IMG/VR virus record: IMGVR_UViG_3300049033_000012
Coordinates: 1-43,073 of that record
Reading direction: 5' to 3' (one strand)
Length of the DNA stretch: 43,073 bases
Source: a virus
Taxonomy: Duplodnaviria; Caudoviricetes
Shown: positions 8,801-17,961 of the stretch, one piece after another
Numbering within the stretch: position 1 is the stretch's first letter
Layout: every line of letters starts with the position of its first letter
Notes under the pieces: generated by a model
Databases searched by the model: none
What the model saw: only the letters and a program-made list of their open reading frames with translations
Told to the model about the DNA's origin: nothing
Position numbers and translations under genes: made by a program

Positions 8801-9484
8801 TTATTGACGTAGAAGGCCGGCGGCAGGGAATGAGCCGTAAGGCAGCGGATTGTTTTCACCGAAGCGAAGCTTGCAGCTGGTCAGGCGTCCGCCGCATTTA
8901 TCCTTCGCCGCGTCGGTGACAATGATGTCGTTCTCGTCCGCCACCGGCGGCCCGTTATAGCCGCAATACGGCCCGCGGTACCCGCCACAGGAAAGCCACC
9001 AGCAAACGTTCGCCACGATCTGTCGACGAGGAAGCTGTACACCGGCGAAGTCCAGCGCAGTAGCCAGCTCGAACTGAACAACCTGGTTGTCCTCCGACGC
9101 CTTGCGCTCGACATACCAGATGTCAGGTGGCAACTCCTCCTCTGGGTCGGCCTCGGGCTGACCGTCCAGGTACTTGCCCAGCGTTCGATGCCGGATCAGC
9201 TTCGCGCCGACCAGGTCTTCGAAGTAAAGGACGAGCGCTGTGATGAACCCGCCGACGTTGCCGACAGAGAGGGTTGGGGTCGGCTGAGCGCCCTGCCCTG
9301 TCATTTCGAAACCCTCGGCCTTGATCGGCCATGGCGAGTATTCTTCGCCCTGCCAAAATATCGAGGCTTGCTGTGGGTATCCGTGGAAGCGGTAACGTTC
9401 GGCGCCTAGCATCGTTGCATCGAGCTCAAAGAGCTCCACCCACGCGCCAGGCTCCAGCGTCTGGATATCAGCCGTAATCGGCAT
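8801..9484 (-). CDS. L: Minor tail protein L
   Basis: LPRRQIVANVC, YRGPYCGY and DKCGGRLTSCKLRFG Cys motifs. Confidence 0.95.
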   Translation of the reverse strand: MPITADIQTLEPGAWVELFELDATMLGAERYRFHGYPQQASIFWQGEEYSPWPIKAEGFEMTGQGAQPTPTLSVGNVGGFITALVLYFEDLVGAKLIRHRTLGKYLDGQPEADPEEELPPDIWYVERKASEDNQVVQFELATALDFAGVQLPRRQIVANVCWWLSCGGYRGPYCGYNGPPVADENDIIVTDAAKDKCGGRLTSCKLRFGENNPLPYGSFPAAGLLRQ

Positions 9485-9527
9485 GGAGTTTCCTCAGGTA
9501 AATTCGAATCAGGCAAGTGGGGCGAGA

Positions 9528-9902
9528 TCAGATGGGCCGCTTTGGGCGCTTTGCTTCGTCTGGGAAGTCAGGGTGCCCTTCCTTCCAGGCTCTAAGCGCG
9601 ATTCGGTAATCTCGCCATTGGCGATCTGTTCCAGGCAAGGCGGCAGGATCAGAGTCTTCAAGCATCACGAGCTGCTCGGCGACGACGACCATCTCGGACG
9701 ACGCCCAGTCCGCTTCCCTTTTCATTTGGATATGTAGCAGCGTTCTATCGGAGATAACCCACTCGCCTTTCTCCGATGCGGTATACAGCAGGGTGTCCTC
9801 GACATCGGGACGCTGACCAGTCATTTGAATCCAACCATTAGGGCAGTCCCCGCCCACCTGTTGAAAATTGCTACCAATCTCAGCATAAACACACAAAGTC
9901 AT
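9528..9902 (-). CDS. Tail fibre assembly chaperone
   Basis: Follows the fibre gene with ATGA overlap; WRDYRIALRAW...P C-terminal motif. Confidence 0.8.
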   Translation of the reverse strand: MTLCVYAEIGSNFQQVGGDCPNGWIQMTGQRPDVEDTLLYTASEKGEWVISDRTLLHIQMKREADWASSEMVVVAEQLVMLEDSDPAALPGTDRQWRDYRIALRAWKEGHPDFPDEAKRPKRPI

Positions 9903-11239
9903 GCATGCACTCTCCAGACTTTTAAACGACAAGGTGCGGAAGACAGGGCTGTGGCGGTCTGTCCAAAGGGGTCGCCACTTCCATTGGACGTGTAGCCCAC
10001 TCGGCTCAGCCCCGTCTGAACGACCAGGGTGTTCAAGTCCAGTTGTGAGCCTTTGGTGCCGTAACCGCCAGAACTATAGAACCAGCCAGAATCCCCCCAC
10101 TTGCCTCCTATCAGGATTTCCGCCAGTACGATCACCTCGTGCCCAGGGAAGGGGTTGGCTACCGTGTATCGGCTGTTGACCGTCACCGTTGCGGGAGCAG
10201 CTTCCGTTCCGCCGTTCGGGTAGGCATAAGCAAATCCCACAGTCGCGTCGGTGATCGTGAACCTCCATTCGCTCCAGGCAGCTACGTACCTGGCTCGCAC
10301 GTATTGCTCACCGGTGTTGTACACGGTGTACGTCTGAGTGGTGATGCTACTTCCGAGCTGCACGCTAATAAGTGATCCTGCGGCTGCGACAGGGTAATTC
10401 AGGGCCAACGTCGCGTTAACGTTCGCCTGCTGCATGTAGAAGCCAGTGGCCTGAATATTGTTCAGGTCAGTCCCGTTAGGAAGGTTGATCGCTGAGTTGA
10501 TCCCAAGGGCAGCTTGAGCGGCTGCGAGCGTAGTCGCCCCTGTACCACCCTGGGCAATCGAGACAGCAGTGGTCAGTCCGGACAAGGAGGTGATATCGCT
10601 ATTGGCCCCTTTCGCGGCCTTATTTCCGAGCGCGGCTACTGCATCGCTGATTTGCCGTTGCAGCTTCCCTATAGCAGTGAGGATGGTATCTGCTGCAGCC
10701 ACCACAGCCGGGTTTGTGGTGAGAAGTCCGGTGAGGACGCTCGCTAGGGATCTGGCATTGGTCCAATATTTATTGACTGCGCCTTCAGGCACCGCATCAG
10801 TAGAGCCAGGGGACGCGGAGAGTAGGATGTACTGAGTGCCGCTCCATCGGTATTGGCTATTGGTGTTGATGGCGACGTAAATCTTGCCCGTCTCGCCGGT
10901 GACAGGAAATGCGGCCAGGCTCTGGAACTCAAGTACGTCATCCACATAGCTTGGCAACTGACTGGCCGGCACAACTCCACTACCATCTAGAACTGCAACG
11001 CCACCGGGCTGCCCCTTCTGAACAGCAGGAATAGCGGCATCCGCCGTGGCCTGGGCAGTGTCTGCTTTTGAGCCCGCATCGGCAGCAGCACCTGCTGCGG
11101 CGTCGGCGGATGCCTGTGCTGTGGTGGTCCGCTGATCCAGCTCGGCAAAGTTCGCATTGATGACTTGGCCGCCCGAGCGCAAATTCTGACCACTGCCATC
11201 GTTTTCCGACGCACCGAGGTTAAGTGGGGCAATGCTCAT
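9899..11239 (-). CDS. Side tail fibre protein
   Basis: T4 gp9/gp10-like N-terminus, KGANSDITSLSGL and GGTGAT fibre motifs, knob-like DLNN...GFY...YP...WSEW domain. Confidence 0.9.
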   Translation of the reverse strand: MSIAPLNLGASENDGSGQNLRSGGQVINANFAELDQRTTTAQASADAAAGAAADAGSKADTAQATADAAIPAVQKGQPGGVAVLDGSGVVPASQLPSYVDDVLEFQSLAAFPVTGETGKIYVAINTNSQYRWSGTQYILLSASPGSTDAVPEGAVNKYWTNARSLASVLTGLLTTNPAVVAAADTILTAIGKLQRQISDAVAALGNKAAKGANSDITSLSGLTTAVSIAQGGTGATTLAAAQAALGINSAINLPNGTDLNNIQATGFYMQQANVNATLALNYPVAAAGSLISVQLGSSITTQTYTVYNTGEQYVRARYVAAWSEWRFTITDATVGFAYAYPNGGTEAAPATVTVNSRYTVANPFPGHEVIVLAEILIGGKWGDSGWFYSSGGYGTKGSQLDLNTLVVQTGLSRVGYTSNGSGDPFGQTATALSSAPCRLKVWRVHA

Positions 11240-11568
11240 GGGTGAAATGCCTGCTCAAAGGTAGCCGCCAGTCTGTAGACGTTTCCGCCGGCGTGCCGTG
11301 GTTGATATTCGCCGCACCGGACGAGCAACTGCTCTCCAAATGGCTCTGCCCAAGCGAAGGCCGTGGCGCCTTTGTGCGCATCGAGGAATGCCTTGATCTC
11401 AGCAATCCGGGACTTGGGGCCAGTGAAGATCAGGGGCCAAGACTGGGTCTTGTTGTTGATACCGTCCTCGGCGACCTGCTCGTAGCCGTCGCCGAATTTT
11501 GCGGACTTGACGCGAAACGCCACGGTCCCGGAAGGCTCTTTGTCCGGAACCCAGGTGAAGGTTTCCAT
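11236..11568 (-). CDS. M: Minor tail protein M (distal tail)
   Basis: METFTW, FGDGYEQ...DGINN and FLDAHKG...F motifs. Confidence 0.93.
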   Translation of the reverse strand: METFTWVPDKEPSGTVAFRVKSAKFGDGYEQVAEDGINNKTQSWPLIFTGPKSRIAEIKAFLDAHKGATAFAWAEPFGEQLLVRCGEYQPRHAGGNVYRLAATFEQAFHP

Positions 11569-11616
11569 TGCCTAACGCCTCCCTGAAAAAGATGACCCCG
11601 CCGAAGCGGGGATTCG

Positions 11617-14589
11617 TTACCGACCGTTGATGGCTTGCCAGATCTGGCCGCCCGGACGCAGATCCCTTGCGATTTGCTCCTGCGCTCCCTGCTTTGCCGC
11701 TCTGGCGTAAGCCTGGGCAACGGCTTGGCTAGTGGAATCGTCAGTTCCAGCGCCCTGACCCTCGGGCACAGCAAAGTTCTGCTGGATGACCACCTGGTTG
11801 CTGCTGGACCCGCTACCACCGCCAACCGCCATCACCCCAAGCTTGCCGCCGGCCGTACGGGTCAGCGGCATGATCGCCTCCTCCCCCGCTTCGCCCATCA
11901 CGCCAACCTCACCGCCTGCCATACCGAACGCCGTCGGCTTGCTGACAATGGAGTTGGTGAACGCTGCGCCGGTTGCGAACATCTGCACGCCGCCCGACCA
12001 GGCGCCTCCCTTGGCCTGGATGCTGCCCGGGGTGAAGCCTGAGAGGTCGGTGCCGGTGTATCCGGCCTGGGTTGATCCGGCCGAAGACGCCCCGCCACCG
12101 AAATACGAACCGGCGGCAGATGCAGCAAGGCCGAACAGAGCCTCCATTGCGGATGAGGCTGCTGCCCGAGTCGCGATCCGCGCCATGTCCGCCAGAATCG
12201 ACTTGGTGAAGTCGGCGAACGAAAACTTCCCGGTCATGGCAAAGTTGACGACTGCATCCTCCATCGAGCTGAAGGCATTGGTGAAAAGATCGCGCGTCTG
12301 GCCGGCAACGTTGCGCGCGCTTTCCAGATAATTGCTGAAGGCCGAAGTCGCCCCTTTGCGCCAGTCGCCTTGAGCCTCCGACATCTGGTCGTAGTTGCTG
12401 AGCACTGTTTCGCTCAGGTCCCTCTCGCTTTTGTTGATTGCGTCGAGCTTGGCCTGGTACTCCTGGGCGCTCATGTTGCGCGATGCGTCTGCCTTGTCCC
12501 GGGCCAGGTCCAGACGTTGCTGGTTGGCTCGGTCGGAAATGCCGTTCAGTTCGCCGTTGATGGCGTTCTCACGATCTCCCCGGCCTACACCATCCGCCGC
12601 ACGGCTGCCGGCGCGCCGCAGAGCGACGTTCCGCTGGTCCAAGGCATCGGTGTAGCTCTTGATGGCCTGGGCCTGCTTGGCGAGCCTGCCTTGCTCATTG
12701 GCGGTGATAACTTCGAGTTCGCTGTCGGCATCTTTCTGCGCCTTGACCATGTTGGTCCGGGAGTCGGCGATCTTCTGGTCCAGCTGGATGCGTTGCGCCG
12801 CCGACGTGCTGGCCTTGCCCTTCGACGCTTCGAGTGCGTCGATCTCTGCCTGATAGGCCGCCGTGACCTCGTCGCGCTCGTTTCCGATCAAGGCCTGCCG
12901 CTTGAGCAGAAAATCTTCCTGGGTGACCAGCCCGGCTTTCTGCGCCGCCTCCAGCTCCTTCTGGGCGTTCTTGTATTCGCCAAGGATCAACGACAGCTGG
13001 TTTTTCGAGTCGTTGAACTCGGTCAGATTCAACGCGCCAGCCGAGCCGGCGTCCTTCTTCTGCGCCTCCTTGATCTGCTTGTTGACTCCAGCAACAGCGT
13101 TCTCGTACTGCTTTTGAAGGTCCGGGGAGTACGTGTTGTTTGCGATATTTCTTTGGCGGGCCTTATCCAGCTCGACAAGCTTCTTCTCCAGCTTGCTCAC
13201 TTGGCTTTGCGCAGAATCCGCTTCGCGAGCAATGAGCTGCATGCCGCTGACGGCTGCCTCCTGGCGCTGCTGGTCCTGCTGCTTGGCCTGAGCTCGGTTA
13301 CGTCTTTCCTGCTCCTCGAGCATCAACGAGGCTCTATCAGCCTCGATCTGTGCCGCCCCTCGACCGCCGCCACCGCGAGGACCGGAACCGAGACGTGCGG
13401 CGTTCTGGGCCTGTAGTTCAAGGTCCGCCAGCTTCTCTTCGTAGGTGGCCTCTCGTCCAACATCCAGGGCCGCATCCCAGGCCCACTTGGCGGCTTTGGC
13501 TACCTTGTTCCAGGCGCCTTCGATCAGGCCTAGACGCTGGGTGATTTGATCACCACGCGATTGGATGGCATCGGCGAACGCATCGGTCGCCAGCCGCACA
13601 GCAGCCGCCTGCTCGCCCTGCTTTTCCAAGGCAACGATCTGTTCGTATACCGAGGCTGTGAGATAGTGATACTGCTCATTGAGCTTGATCGACGCGGCCA
13701 CAGGCTCCTTGGCAATCGAGCCGAACTGGGCAACCGTTTCCTCAACTGCCTTGCCGGTCGCCTCTTCCATGGTCAGGGCAGCCTTGGTGATTTCCTCGAA
13801 GCTGTAGGCTGCTATGTTGCCACTGCCTGCCAGTTGAGCGAGAACCGCAGCCGCTGCGCCTGTCGTGCCTACAGTCGAACTGATTTGCTTTGCCAGTGAG
13901 GCAAGGCCGCCAGCCGTGGTCCCTACGTAGTTGCCGGTCAAAATCAGCGATTTGTTGAATTCGTCCGCCTCTTGACTGCCCTTGTAGTAGGCCAGGCCCA
14001 GAGCCGCAGCCGCTGCAGCGGCTACCGTGAACGGATTGACCAGTCCAAGGATGTAGCCGCCCATGGCCCGCGCCGCCGGCCCGACGCCGCCGAACATGTC
14101 CTTCAGTTGGCCGCCCTGCTGGAGCAGAACAGTCAGAGGGTTCTGGCCGCCTTGCAGCGAAACGGCAATGTCCGTGAATTGCGCAGGTACGCCACGCAGC
14201 GCAGCAGCGGTCTGCTTGGCAGTGTTCCCGGTGCGGGTCAGCGAGTCGTCAAACTTGGTCAGGTTGGTTCGAGACTGATCGATCTTGGCCTGGTACTCGC
14301 TGAAGGTCGATGCGTCGAGCGCGCCGAGCTTCTTCTGCTTCGCTAGCTTGTTTTCGAGTTCGTCCAACCGGCCCAGGGCCTTTACGGTCGGATCGATCTC
14401 GCCGAGCAGGTCGCCCAGCTCATCCTTCTGCTTTTTGATCGAAGCCGCGGCCTTGTCAGCGCCACGGGCAACGCCTTCAGCAGCCTTTTCCGCCCGGCTA
14501 CCCGCCGCGGTGAGTTTGTCGAGGTCGGAGCTCGCCTGCGCAGCATCGGTCGAGTCGACCTTGATGCCGAGTTCAGCAATAGAAGTCAT
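11617..14589 (-). CDS. H: Tail tape measure protein
   Basis: 990 aa Ala-rich coiled coil; QFTDIAVSLQGGQNPLTVLLQQGGQLKD; MGEAGEEAIMPL. Confidence 0.95.
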   Translation of the reverse strand: MTSIAELGIKVDSTDAAQASSDLDKLTAAGSRAEKAAEGVARGADKAAASIKKQKDELGDLLGEIDPTVKALGRLDELENKLAKQKKLGALDASTFSEYQAKIDQSRTNLTKFDDSLTRTGNTAKQTAAALRGVPAQFTDIAVSLQGGQNPLTVLLQQGGQLKDMFGGVGPAARAMGGYILGLVNPFTVAAAAAAALGLAYYKGSQEADEFNKSLILTGNYVGTTAGGLASLAKQISSTVGTTGAAAAVLAQLAGSGNIAAYSFEEITKAALTMEEATGKAVEETVAQFGSIAKEPVAASIKLNEQYHYLTASVYEQIVALEKQGEQAAAVRLATDAFADAIQSRGDQITQRLGLIEGAWNKVAKAAKWAWDAALDVGREATYEEKLADLELQAQNAARLGSGPRGGGGRGAAQIEADRASLMLEEQERRNRAQAKQQDQQRQEAAVSGMQLIAREADSAQSQVSKLEKKLVELDKARQRNIANNTYSPDLQKQYENAVAGVNKQIKEAQKKDAGSAGALNLTEFNDSKNQLSLILGEYKNAQKELEAAQKAGLVTQEDFLLKRQALIGNERDEVTAAYQAEIDALEASKGKASTSAAQRIQLDQKIADSRTNMVKAQKDADSELEVITANEQGRLAKQAQAIKSYTDALDQRNVALRRAGSRAADGVGRGDRENAINGELNGISDRANQQRLDLARDKADASRNMSAQEYQAKLDAINKSERDLSETVLSNYDQMSEAQGDWRKGATSAFSNYLESARNVAGQTRDLFTNAFSSMEDAVVNFAMTGKFSFADFTKSILADMARIATRAAASSAMEALFGLAASAAGSYFGGGASSAGSTQAGYTGTDLSGFTPGSIQAKGGAWSGGVQMFATGAAFTNSIVSKPTAFGMAGGEVGVMGEAGEEAIMPLTRTAGGKLGVMAVGGGSGSSSNQVVIQQNFAVPEGQGAGTDDSTSQAVAQAYARAAKQGAQEQIARDLRPGGQIWQAINGR

Positions 14590-14599
14590 GCAGGCTCCG

Positions 14600-14911
14600 T
14601 TATTTCGATTCGCTCATCACGAGCATGGCTTCTGCTTCCATGACGCGGACGTCGTGGAAGGCTTCTGAGAGTTCGCGCCGCTTGATGCCCAGCATGCTGG
14701 CGACTGGCGGGAGTGCGTTGTAATCCAGGCCAGAGGCCCCGCCCATGCCTGTGCGCCATTGCGTGGACATCGCCTCGAACAGCCGGAAGGCTGACCAGTT
14801 GTCCGGCCATACCTCACAATCCTCGGCGTAGTCGTCAGCAGAAAAGCCAAACGCATCGACTCCTTCAAAGGTTGGCTGATACAGAGCACGAGCGGCGCTT
14901 ACGAGTTTCCC
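14600..14911 (-). CDS. Tail assembly chaperone T-like segment (DUF1799-like), expressed by -1 frameshift
   Basis: VWPDNW...MSTQWRTGMGGASGLDY...VRVMEAEA; frame is entered at the slippery site. Confidence 0.85.
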   Translation of the reverse strand, partial: GKLVSAARALYQPTFEGVDAFGFSADDYAEDCEVWPDNWSAFRLFEAMSTQWRTGMGGASGLDYNALPPVASMLGIKRRELSEAFHDVRVMEAEAMLVMSESK

Positions 14912-15285
14912 AGGCGGGCCGGCTGGTAGGCGGTTTGGCATGCAGCCAAGACCGCTTGCGGGGCGCCGACGCAAGTCGTACAAAGGGCAGTCAGCGATTC
15001 ATCCGACAGCTTTTCGTCGAATGCCCAGCCGTGAACGATGTCCTTGAGCTGGCCGACCTGGATGGCAATCTCTGCCGCCGTGGACTCCTGCCAAGTCAGG
15101 CCGTCCTCCTGCACCTGCTTGATGTGCTGCTCGCTCGCGCCGTTCCACTTGTCGAAGTATTGCGCCAGGGCCAGCCGGTCCAAGTATTTGAACTCGAACT
15201 CGACGCTAACCGGGTCAGCGCCAACGCGAGGGATCGCAACCTTGGCCTTGAAGGTCGGGCTCTGGGAAATCTTGATCTTCGCCAT
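14899..15285 (-). CDS. Tail assembly chaperone G-like
   Basis: PTFKAKVAIP...FEFKY...ARLGN; lies between the tube and tape measure genes. Confidence 0.88.
   Translation of the reverse strand: MAKIKISQSPTFKAKVAIPRVGADPVSVEFEFKYLDRLALAQYFDKWNGASEQHIKQVQEDGLTWQESTAAEIAIQVGQLKDIVHGWAFDEKLSDESLTALCTTCVGAPQAVLAACQTAYQPARLGNS
14905..14911 (-). other. -1 programmed ribosomal frameshift site G GGA AAC
   Basis: XXXYYYZ heptamer just before the chaperone stop; the -1 frame continues as GKLVSAARALY. Confidence 0.85.
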
Positions 15286-15294
15286 GATTCCCCC

Positions 15295-15942
15295 TTACGC
15301 GGCGTAACGGATGAATTTTGCCAGCACGGCAAATACCGCAGTGACGGCCATGATGTTGTTCTTGGTCATCGTCGGCACGTTGTCAAACGAGGCGTAGGCG
15401 TTGTAGACAATCGCGCCACCCGACGCCAGATTGATGCGAACTGCGCGCGCCGCCTTGTCGTCGTCAGCTTCCAACAGAACCGCGTTGTGCGGCAGGCTCG
15501 GGTCATCAGCCATGGTCAGCGTGAACGACAGGGGCGACTTGGAGGTCGGGATCTGGTGATCGTCGTCTTCCTCGAGAAACGAGTAAGTGACGTTTTGCTG
15601 CTCGCCGCCGGACTTGTTGGAGTCGGTCACTTGGGTGATTGGCGTCCAGCCCAGGATCTTGCGAACAGATCCAATGCCCGCGCCCGGAATGAATCGCGCG
15701 ACGTTGGTGGTATTGACCGACTCCAGGACAAACGAGTCAGTCAGCACGCTTTTGACGCGGACGACGCGATTGTTCAGGCGAGCCCAGCCGGAGGTTACCT
15801 CGACGTAGTCGCCGGCCAGCAAGTCGTGGGCGACGGACGAGACGACGGCTTCGGTTGCGTTGGTGATCGCAGTCAAGGCGATTGGCGTGTCGTACGAATC
15901 AGCGATGCTGACGGTCGAGCCGTTGGGTAGAAAAACGCTCAT
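15295..15942 (-). CDS. Major tail tube protein
   Basis: LPNGSTVSIA...ITNATEAV...SGW...GGEQQ motifs; synteny. Confidence 0.88.
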   Translation of the reverse strand: MSVFLPNGSTVSIADSYDTPIALTAITNATEAVVSSVAHDLLAGDYVEVTSGWARLNNRVVRVKSVLTDSFVLESVNTTNVARFIPGAGIGSVRKILGWTPITQVTDSNKSGGEQQNVTYSFLEEDDDHQIPTSKSPLSFTLTMADDPSLPHNAVLLEADDDKAARAVRINLASGGAIVYNAYASFDNVPTMTKNNIMAVTAVFAVLAKFIRYAA

Positions 15943-16014
15943 TGGGTTTTTTCCTCTGTGCAGAAATGACAAAACCCGCTCAATGGCGGGTTCAGGGGTT
16001 GCCCAACGGGCGAA

Positions 16015-16434
16015 TTAGGTTGTGGTATCAGCTCGGTACTGGAATGACACGGGCAATGCAAAGGCGGTGTCTTCGGCCAACTCGGGACCAGGCTCAACTG
16101 GCGTCATGATCAGGGCTGTGAGGCTGTTGCGAACCAGCCGGTCGTTGAGCGGGTACAGAATCGCAAGCTCATCAGCGATTGTTTCAGCGCCTGACGGACC
16201 ATTGCCTGTCGGTGTCACGATGGTGATTTGAAACACCCCGGTATAGAGCCGGTGCGCACCGGCCAGGTCGTTACTGTCGGTTCCGGCTGGTATGAGGAAC
16301 GCTCGCAGGTAGGTCTCGCCGTTGTTCGGGGTGAACGCCACGTTCTGGTAGGCGATGGGCAATGCAGGCGTTCGAGAGCCGGCCCAGGCCTTGAGGCGCG
16401 CTTCCAGCAGGGAGCGAATGATCTTGTGGCTCAT
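16015..16434 (-). CDS. Tail terminator-like protein (DUF4128-like)
   Basis: IAYQNVAFTP...YTGVFQITI; synteny. Confidence 0.8.
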   Translation of the reverse strand: MSHKIIRSLLEARLKAWAGSRTPALPIAYQNVAFTPNNGETYLRAFLIPAGTDSNDLAGAHRLYTGVFQITIVTPTGNGPSGAETIADELAILYPLNDRLVRNSLTALIMTPVEPGPELAEDTAFALPVSFQYRADTTT

Positions 16435-16874
16435 ACCTGGTTGTTCCTGATGGCTTCGAGGACTATCTGCAGGAAGCGCGCCTGGGTGATGCGCACCATC
16501 CCGCCTGGCGCCTGGTCGGAATGTCCATATTCGAGAGCGATGGCATAGGGAAGGTTGTTCACGATGAAAGCCGTGGTCCCGGCGCGAAACTCAATCGAAT
16601 CACCCACAAGGCGCGCCGTGGCTTCTGCCCCAGTAGGGTCAACGGTGTCCAGCGTTCCGCCGGCGGGAGCAGCTATACTGAATTGCCAATTACCACGGAA
16701 CCGCCCCGTATCCACTGGCGACATGCGGATCAGCGAACCGCCAAGCTCGATGATTATTTCCCGCAGACTGGCATCGACAGCGTCTTTTGCTTGCGCAGCG
16801 AACTCGGCCAGTTGCAGCTCGAAGCTGCCACTCCTGCCGCCGTAGCGCTCCGTCATGTGCGACCCGCGAGCCAT
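16431..16874 (-). CDS. HK97 gp10-like neck protein
   Basis: SPVDTGRFRGNW and NNLPYAIALEYGHSDQAP motifs. Confidence 0.88.
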   Translation of the reverse strand: MARGSHMTERYGGRSGSFELQLAEFAAQAKDAVDASLREIIIELGGSLIRMSPVDTGRFRGNWQFSIAAPAGGTLDTVDPTGAEATARLVGDSIEFRAGTTAFIVNNLPYAIALEYGHSDQAPGGMVRITQARFLQIVLEAIRNNQV

Positions 16875-16876
16875 GG

Positions 16877-17260
16877 CTACTTCCTCAGTTGAACGGTCCA
16901 AGTGGCGCCGGCCGGGTCCTGGCGGACATTCATCGCGCGCTTGCTGCCGATGAGGTCGCCGATTTCCGGGATAGCCAGGGTTTCGGTTGGCTGGCCCAGC
17001 AGCGTGATGAACAGCTCGTTCTGCAAGATGGTGAGCTTTTCGTCGGTGGTCTGGATCAGCGATCCATCAATCTCTTTTGCGAGGTATCGGCCAAGCACCC
17101 CGCGACCGGCGTAATTCGTGATGGTCTCGGGCGTCGTGCCTGAGTCCGGGTCGTACTCACCCTGAACCTTGCGCACACCCACGACCGGGCTCACAGCATC
17201 GGCCAGGTCAGTCTCGAAGGCTTCGGCCAGGTCCCTCTGTAGATCGTCGCGCAGTCCCAT
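16877..17260 (-). CDS. Head closure / head-tail joining protein
   Basis: GEYDPDSG...DPAGATWTVQLRK; synteny. Confidence 0.75.
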   Translation of the reverse strand: MGLRDDLQRDLAEAFETDLADAVSPVVGVRKVQGEYDPDSGTTPETITNYAGRGVLGRYLAKEIDGSLIQTTDEKLTILQNELFITLLGQPTETLAIPEIGDLIGSKRAMNVRQDPAGATWTVQLRK

Positions 17261-17261
17261 A

Positions 17262-17630
17262 TCAGCCCCTCACGACTTTGACCTGGCCTGAGCCAAGGTA
17301 ATGGGACAGCAGCGCCAGGGCGAAAGACTCGCCGGCGGTGATGGTCCGGGATGATTCGGAGAACGACTTGCTACTCGACACGCCGTCAGCGCTCACGGAT
17401 TTCTCCGTGACGCCCGTTTCCTTCGAACCGTAGATCCTGCCGGCGGCTGCCTCCGTGGCAACCTCGGCGCCGGCCTGGATCACATCATCCGGGATCGGGT
17501 CGAACTCTGGCAGGCCGAGATTGGTAAGCCAGGTGTTCGCCATCAGCACCGCGCGCGGCTTCTTGTCTTCGGTGGTCCATGTCGGCCCAAGCAGGGCGTC
17601 CACGTCCGCCACGGTGATGTAGGTCGTCAC
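17262..17630 (-). CDS. Head-tail adaptor protein
   Basis: YITVADVD N-terminus; position after the capsid genes; GTG start. Confidence 0.75.
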   Translation of the reverse strand: MTTYITVADVDALLGPTWTTEDKKPRAVLMANTWLTNLGLPEFDPIPDDVIQAGAEVATEAAAGRIYGSKETGVTEKSVSADGVSSSKSFSESSRTITAGESFALALLSHYLGSGQVKVVRG

Positions 17631-17636
17631 GGGGCT

Positions 17637-17912
17637 TTACTCCTGCGGCTTGTCGAGCAGTTCGGCGAGGGCTGGGCGCTCGGCGTTATCGTCGAACAGG
17701 ATGCCTTTCTCGGTCAGCTTCGCCTTGATCTCTTCGATCCGCAGGCCCTTGGATGGCTTGTCACCGCCCGAAGAGCCCTTCTTCATCGGCTCCGGGTGCT
17801 TGTAGTCATCCGGCGCGAACTTGGCATCGATGATCTTGTAGCCCTTCTGGCGCAGCTCAGATTTACGCTCAGCGGTGACCGGGTGTTTCTCGTAAATGAC
17901 TTTCTCGTCCAT
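17637..17912 (-). CDS. Hypothetical protein downstream of the capsid gene (HeH-like C-terminus)
   Basis: GGAG RBS; EEIKAKLTEKGI...LAELL helical motif. Confidence 0.75.
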   Translation of the reverse strand: MDEKVIYEKHPVTAERKSELRQKGYKIIDAKFAPDDYKHPEPMKKGSSGGDKPSKGLRIEEIKAKLTEKGILFDDNAERPALAELLDKPQE

Positions 17913-17961
17913 GGTGGACTCCTGGTAGGTGGATCAGGCGACCCGAAGGCCGCCGTCTCGA

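Noticed and set aside
12370-15930. 348-aa and 405-aa plus-strand ORFs
   Set aside because: Antisense shadows of the tape measure and tail tube genes
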